Source: Lepidodermella squamata
Taxonomy: Eukaryota > Animalia > Gastrotricha
Assembly (NCBI GenBank): GCA_047495785.1
Contig: JBLDXI010000024.1
Coordinates: forward strand, 5,394,001-5,458,000
DNA: 64,000 nucleotides
Direction of reading: 5' to 3'
Shown in pieces: positions 61,221 through 64,000 of the stretch. Every line of letters starts with the position of its first letter. Position 1 is the stretch's first letter. The notes under the pieces are model-generated. The model was not told the DNA's origin. It did not search any database and saw nothing but the letters and a program-made list of their open reading frames with translations. The translations under genes were made by a program, and so were the position numbers.

Positions 61221-61292
61221 AAGCTTTTTGATTTAACTAAGCTGAAGCGGCGGGAAAAGGCACATGCAATAAATAACCTTGAGCATGTAATG

Positions 61293-61940
61293 TCCTTTAT
61301 GCGGTCATTGCTAAGTACATCTTCCATGAAAAGCGGCCTGTCTTCGCCTGTTTCTACGAGTTTAAAAAGGCCTTTGACCGTGTACCGCACGACATCTTAC
61401 TACGCAAATTGAGTAAAATCGGCGTTTCAAGGCATTATCTGTTTGTATTAGCTGACATCTACAGCGACAATAAGGGCGGCCGAATGAGAGTCGAAGGTCC
61501 ATCGAAGAGCAATTACTTCAAGATGGAGCTCGGAGTCAAACAAGGCGACGTTCTCTCCCCTCTCCTGTTTGCACTCTTGGTCTGTTATCTGCGCAACTAT
61601 CTAGAAGCGAAAATCGACCCGGAGATATACCTTGCGGACAACAAGACGCTTCCCGATATACAATTCGCCGGCGACACCACTACCCTAGCTCTGAAGGCCC
61701 GAACACTACAGCTAATGATGGTCGAGGTTGCGAACTATGGTCGGGAAATTGGGCTTGAATTGAATGCTAAATAGTAGTATTCTGTCAGAAAAGAACTCAA
61801 AACCTGCGGGATTTAAATGACTACTTCTTCATTGATGGGACGAAGATCGAAGTCGTTTGGGAGTTCGTCTATATGGGTATCCCTATCTGCTACAACCTCA
61901 AATCACTACTGAAGTTGTTAAAGTCTGGGGATTTAATAAT
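61293..61940 (+). mobile_element. Truncated LINE (RT) insertion with long TSD and (TAA)n tail
   Basis: FKKAFDRVPH, GVKQGDVLSPLLF, FAGD (mutated YADD), GLELN; flanked by direct repeat AATAAATAACCTTGAGCATGTAATG (61268-61292 and 61941-61965). Confidence 0.9.
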
Positions 61941-62101
61941 AATAAATAACCTTGAGCATGTAATGCTGTCCCGGACAAGCGCCTTTTCGTGATGTGCCTG
62001 CGCCTTTTTTTCTTACCTTCCAAATTGTACATTTTCGTTCGTTTTATCTGGAAAAAAGGACAAAATAAAAAGCTTTTCGTTTCGTTTTCGCTATCATAGC
62101 G

Positions 62102-62172
62102 GCATCGGTGGTTCATTGGTAGCATTCTCGCCTGCCACGCGGGAGGCCCGGGTTCGATTCCCGGCCGATACA
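62102..62172 (+). pseudogene. tRNA-Gly(GCC), probably degenerate
   Basis: Copy of 19672-19742 with substitutions in the D-loop, D-stem and acceptor stem (…CCGATACA). Confidence 0.7.
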
Positions 62173-62270
62173 AGCGGCCCTGTTTTTGCATGAAAGCTTT
62201 GAGCGGCTCCAAGCGAAAAATGAAACGCTGAAATTCAAAAGCACTGACAACAGACTCCATCTCACCCAAA

Positions 62271-62345
62271 TCCTTGGTAGTATAGTGGTTAGTATCCCCG
62301 CCTGTCACGCGGGAGACGTGACAGATTCGATTCCCTGCCAAGGAG
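62271..62345 (+). pseudogene. tRNA-Asp(GTC) pseudogene
   Basis: T-stem 5' strand replaced (GAGACGTGACAGATTCGA vs GAGACCAGGGTTCGA), destroying the B-box. Confidence 0.85.
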
Positions 62346-62417
62346 TCAGCTTTTTACATGCGGCATGTGGATTTCAAGCAAATTTATTCAGTAATAAAGT
62401 GCAAAAATGTCGATTGC

Positions 62418-62490
62418 CGCCCGATGTGGGGCTCGAACCCACGACCCTGGGATTAAGAGTCCCATGCTCTACCGACTGAGCTAACCGGGC
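62418..62490 (-). tRNA. tRNA-Lys(CTT)
   Basis: Identical to 19981-20053. Confidence 0.95.
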
Positions 62491-62580
62491 TTAGCCGACA
62501 TAGCTGGTGACTGGGGCAGGTTCAAAGGCCAAAAGCAGGCATGCGACACGAGTCAGAGACAGAGAGTGTTTAAAAACACT

Positions 62581-62648
62581 CGAGGCTGAGTCGAACCTGG
62601 AATCTTCTGATCCGTAGTCAGACGCGTTGTCCATTGCGCCACAACCCC
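62581..62648 (-). pseudogene. tRNA-Arg(ACG) pseudogene
   Basis: Copy of 20133-20205 with a 5-nt deletion removing the 3' strand of the T-stem. Confidence 0.85.
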
Positions 62649-62679
62649 ACGGTGTTGCTTTAGCATCAAATCGTGGATC

Positions 62680-64000
62680 GTGATACGTACTTTAATTTCC
62701 TTTAATTTCAGGCATCACAAAACCACCGGAGAAACTCGACGGTCATTCATTGATTACTTGATGGTACCTCAATATTTAAGAAAAAGCATTTTTGCCTGCG
62801 AAACAAGAGAAGATGCGTGTTTAGGCCCTGATCATTTTTTAGTATGCGCGCGAATGAGGTTCGAACTTGACCACAAACCAGATGAAGTTGAAGAGGCATG
62901 GCGCACGGCTCATGAGCGGCTAGAACAGCCGACATTTTCTTCTAAATTAAAGCGGGCAATGGACCAAAAATTGATTGGTATAGATGAGACAACTTCAGCT
63001 GAAGATGTGTGGCTAAAACTAAAGGCGCTTGAGTCGGAAACGGCGAATATTTGTGGTAAAAAGCGGGTAAGGAAAAGCGGTAAACGAACTAGATGGTGGG
63101 GCAACAAAACTAGAAAAAAAGCAGCGACAAAAAAGCGGAAATTTAAATTGTTCGCGAAGGAGAGAAAACGCTTAGATAAACTTGGCGTTGCTGCTAGTGA
63201 AGATTTAAATAAATTATGGAACGATTACGTTGAGGAGCGTAACAGCGAAAAGAAAGTCATAAAATAGGCTAAGGACGATGTCAAAAAGGAATTTGGAAAT
63301 AAGTTTTATGCTCTCAGAGATAAGCCTCAGGAAGCACAGTCGCTCTTTTGGCATCTGGTCGCATCTCTAACCAAAGGTTCGGGCAAACACGACTATAAAT
63401 TGGTGATTGAGGACGAAAACGGGAATATTTTATCCGACAAAATTCAAGTAGCTGACAGATGGAGACGGTATTTCATGGGAGTCGTAGATGGCGTAGAAAT
63501 ATTAGCTGGCGAAATAAATAAATTAAATGAAAATTTTGAATTCACTAGTCAATGCGAAGCGCGCGTCTTGAAATCAATAACACGCGACGAGATTGAGCTT
63601 GCTATTTCAAAAGAAAAATTAGGAAAATCACCCGGTCTCGATGAAATTAGATTAGAAATGCTCAACGCGCTACAAAATTCGAAAAGTGAATGGCTAGAGT
63701 CTCTCTTTAATAAAATATGGGCTGAAAAACGCGTTCCTGATGATTTTCTGAATTTAATTCTGATCCCAGTGCCAAAAAAGGGAGATTTGAATAAGTGCAA
63801 TAATTACCGCGGCATAAGTCTAATTAGTATCGTTGCAAAATGCTACGCGCGAATTCTTGAAAAGCGGTTTCGGGATGAAATAAATATATAACTGGAAGAA
63901 TTTCAACATGGTTTTATGCAAAACAAAGGCACGGGTGACTGCACTTTCATATTAAGGCAAATCATGGAGAAAATTATTGAATTTAACCGGAGCATTTCTA
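62680..64000 (+). mobile_element. Decayed APE-RT LINE (RTE-like) ORF running off the window end
   Basis: APE C-terminus IDYLMV...DHFLV; RT N-terminus KSPGLDEI, LIPVPKKGD..CNNYRGISL, QHGF; in-frame stops at 63265-63267 and 63889-63891. Confidence 0.9.

Overview
This is eukaryotic (animal) genomic DNA with GT-AG spliceosomal introns. There is no CRISPR array or prokaryotic operon. All gene models were spliced by eye and family calls rest on recognised motifs, not database searches. (i) 1-13 kb is a compact cluster of secreted-protein genes with introns of about 45-60 nt: six sushi/CCP genes (one is a temptin domain fused to 9 sushi domains), an S1 serine protease and two paralogous Cys-rich orphans. 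(ii) 13.9-24.8 kb holds a small TPR gene, a hAT-type MITE, an intronless galactokinase, a 16-gene tRNA cluster, a divergent PLAC8/cornifelin pair, a second MITE and a tRNA-derived SINE. (iii) 25-58 kb is a GC3-rich, microsatellite-rich domain. It contains an ELAPOR/KIAA1324-like gene, an apparent in-frame ataxin-10 + GDP-D-glucose phosphorylase (GDPGP1) fusion with duplicated alternative last exons, a Tctex-1 dynein light chain, goosecoid, a Q/N/Y-rich coiled-coil orphan and a PP2A B56 subunit. (iv) 59-64 kb is a second copy of the tRNA cluster (same order and orientation, partly decayed) invaded by three LINE fragments. The best candidates for novelty are the ATXN10-GDPGP1 fusion, the temptin-sushi fusion within its secreted cluster, and the duplicated, reciprocally decaying tRNA arrays.
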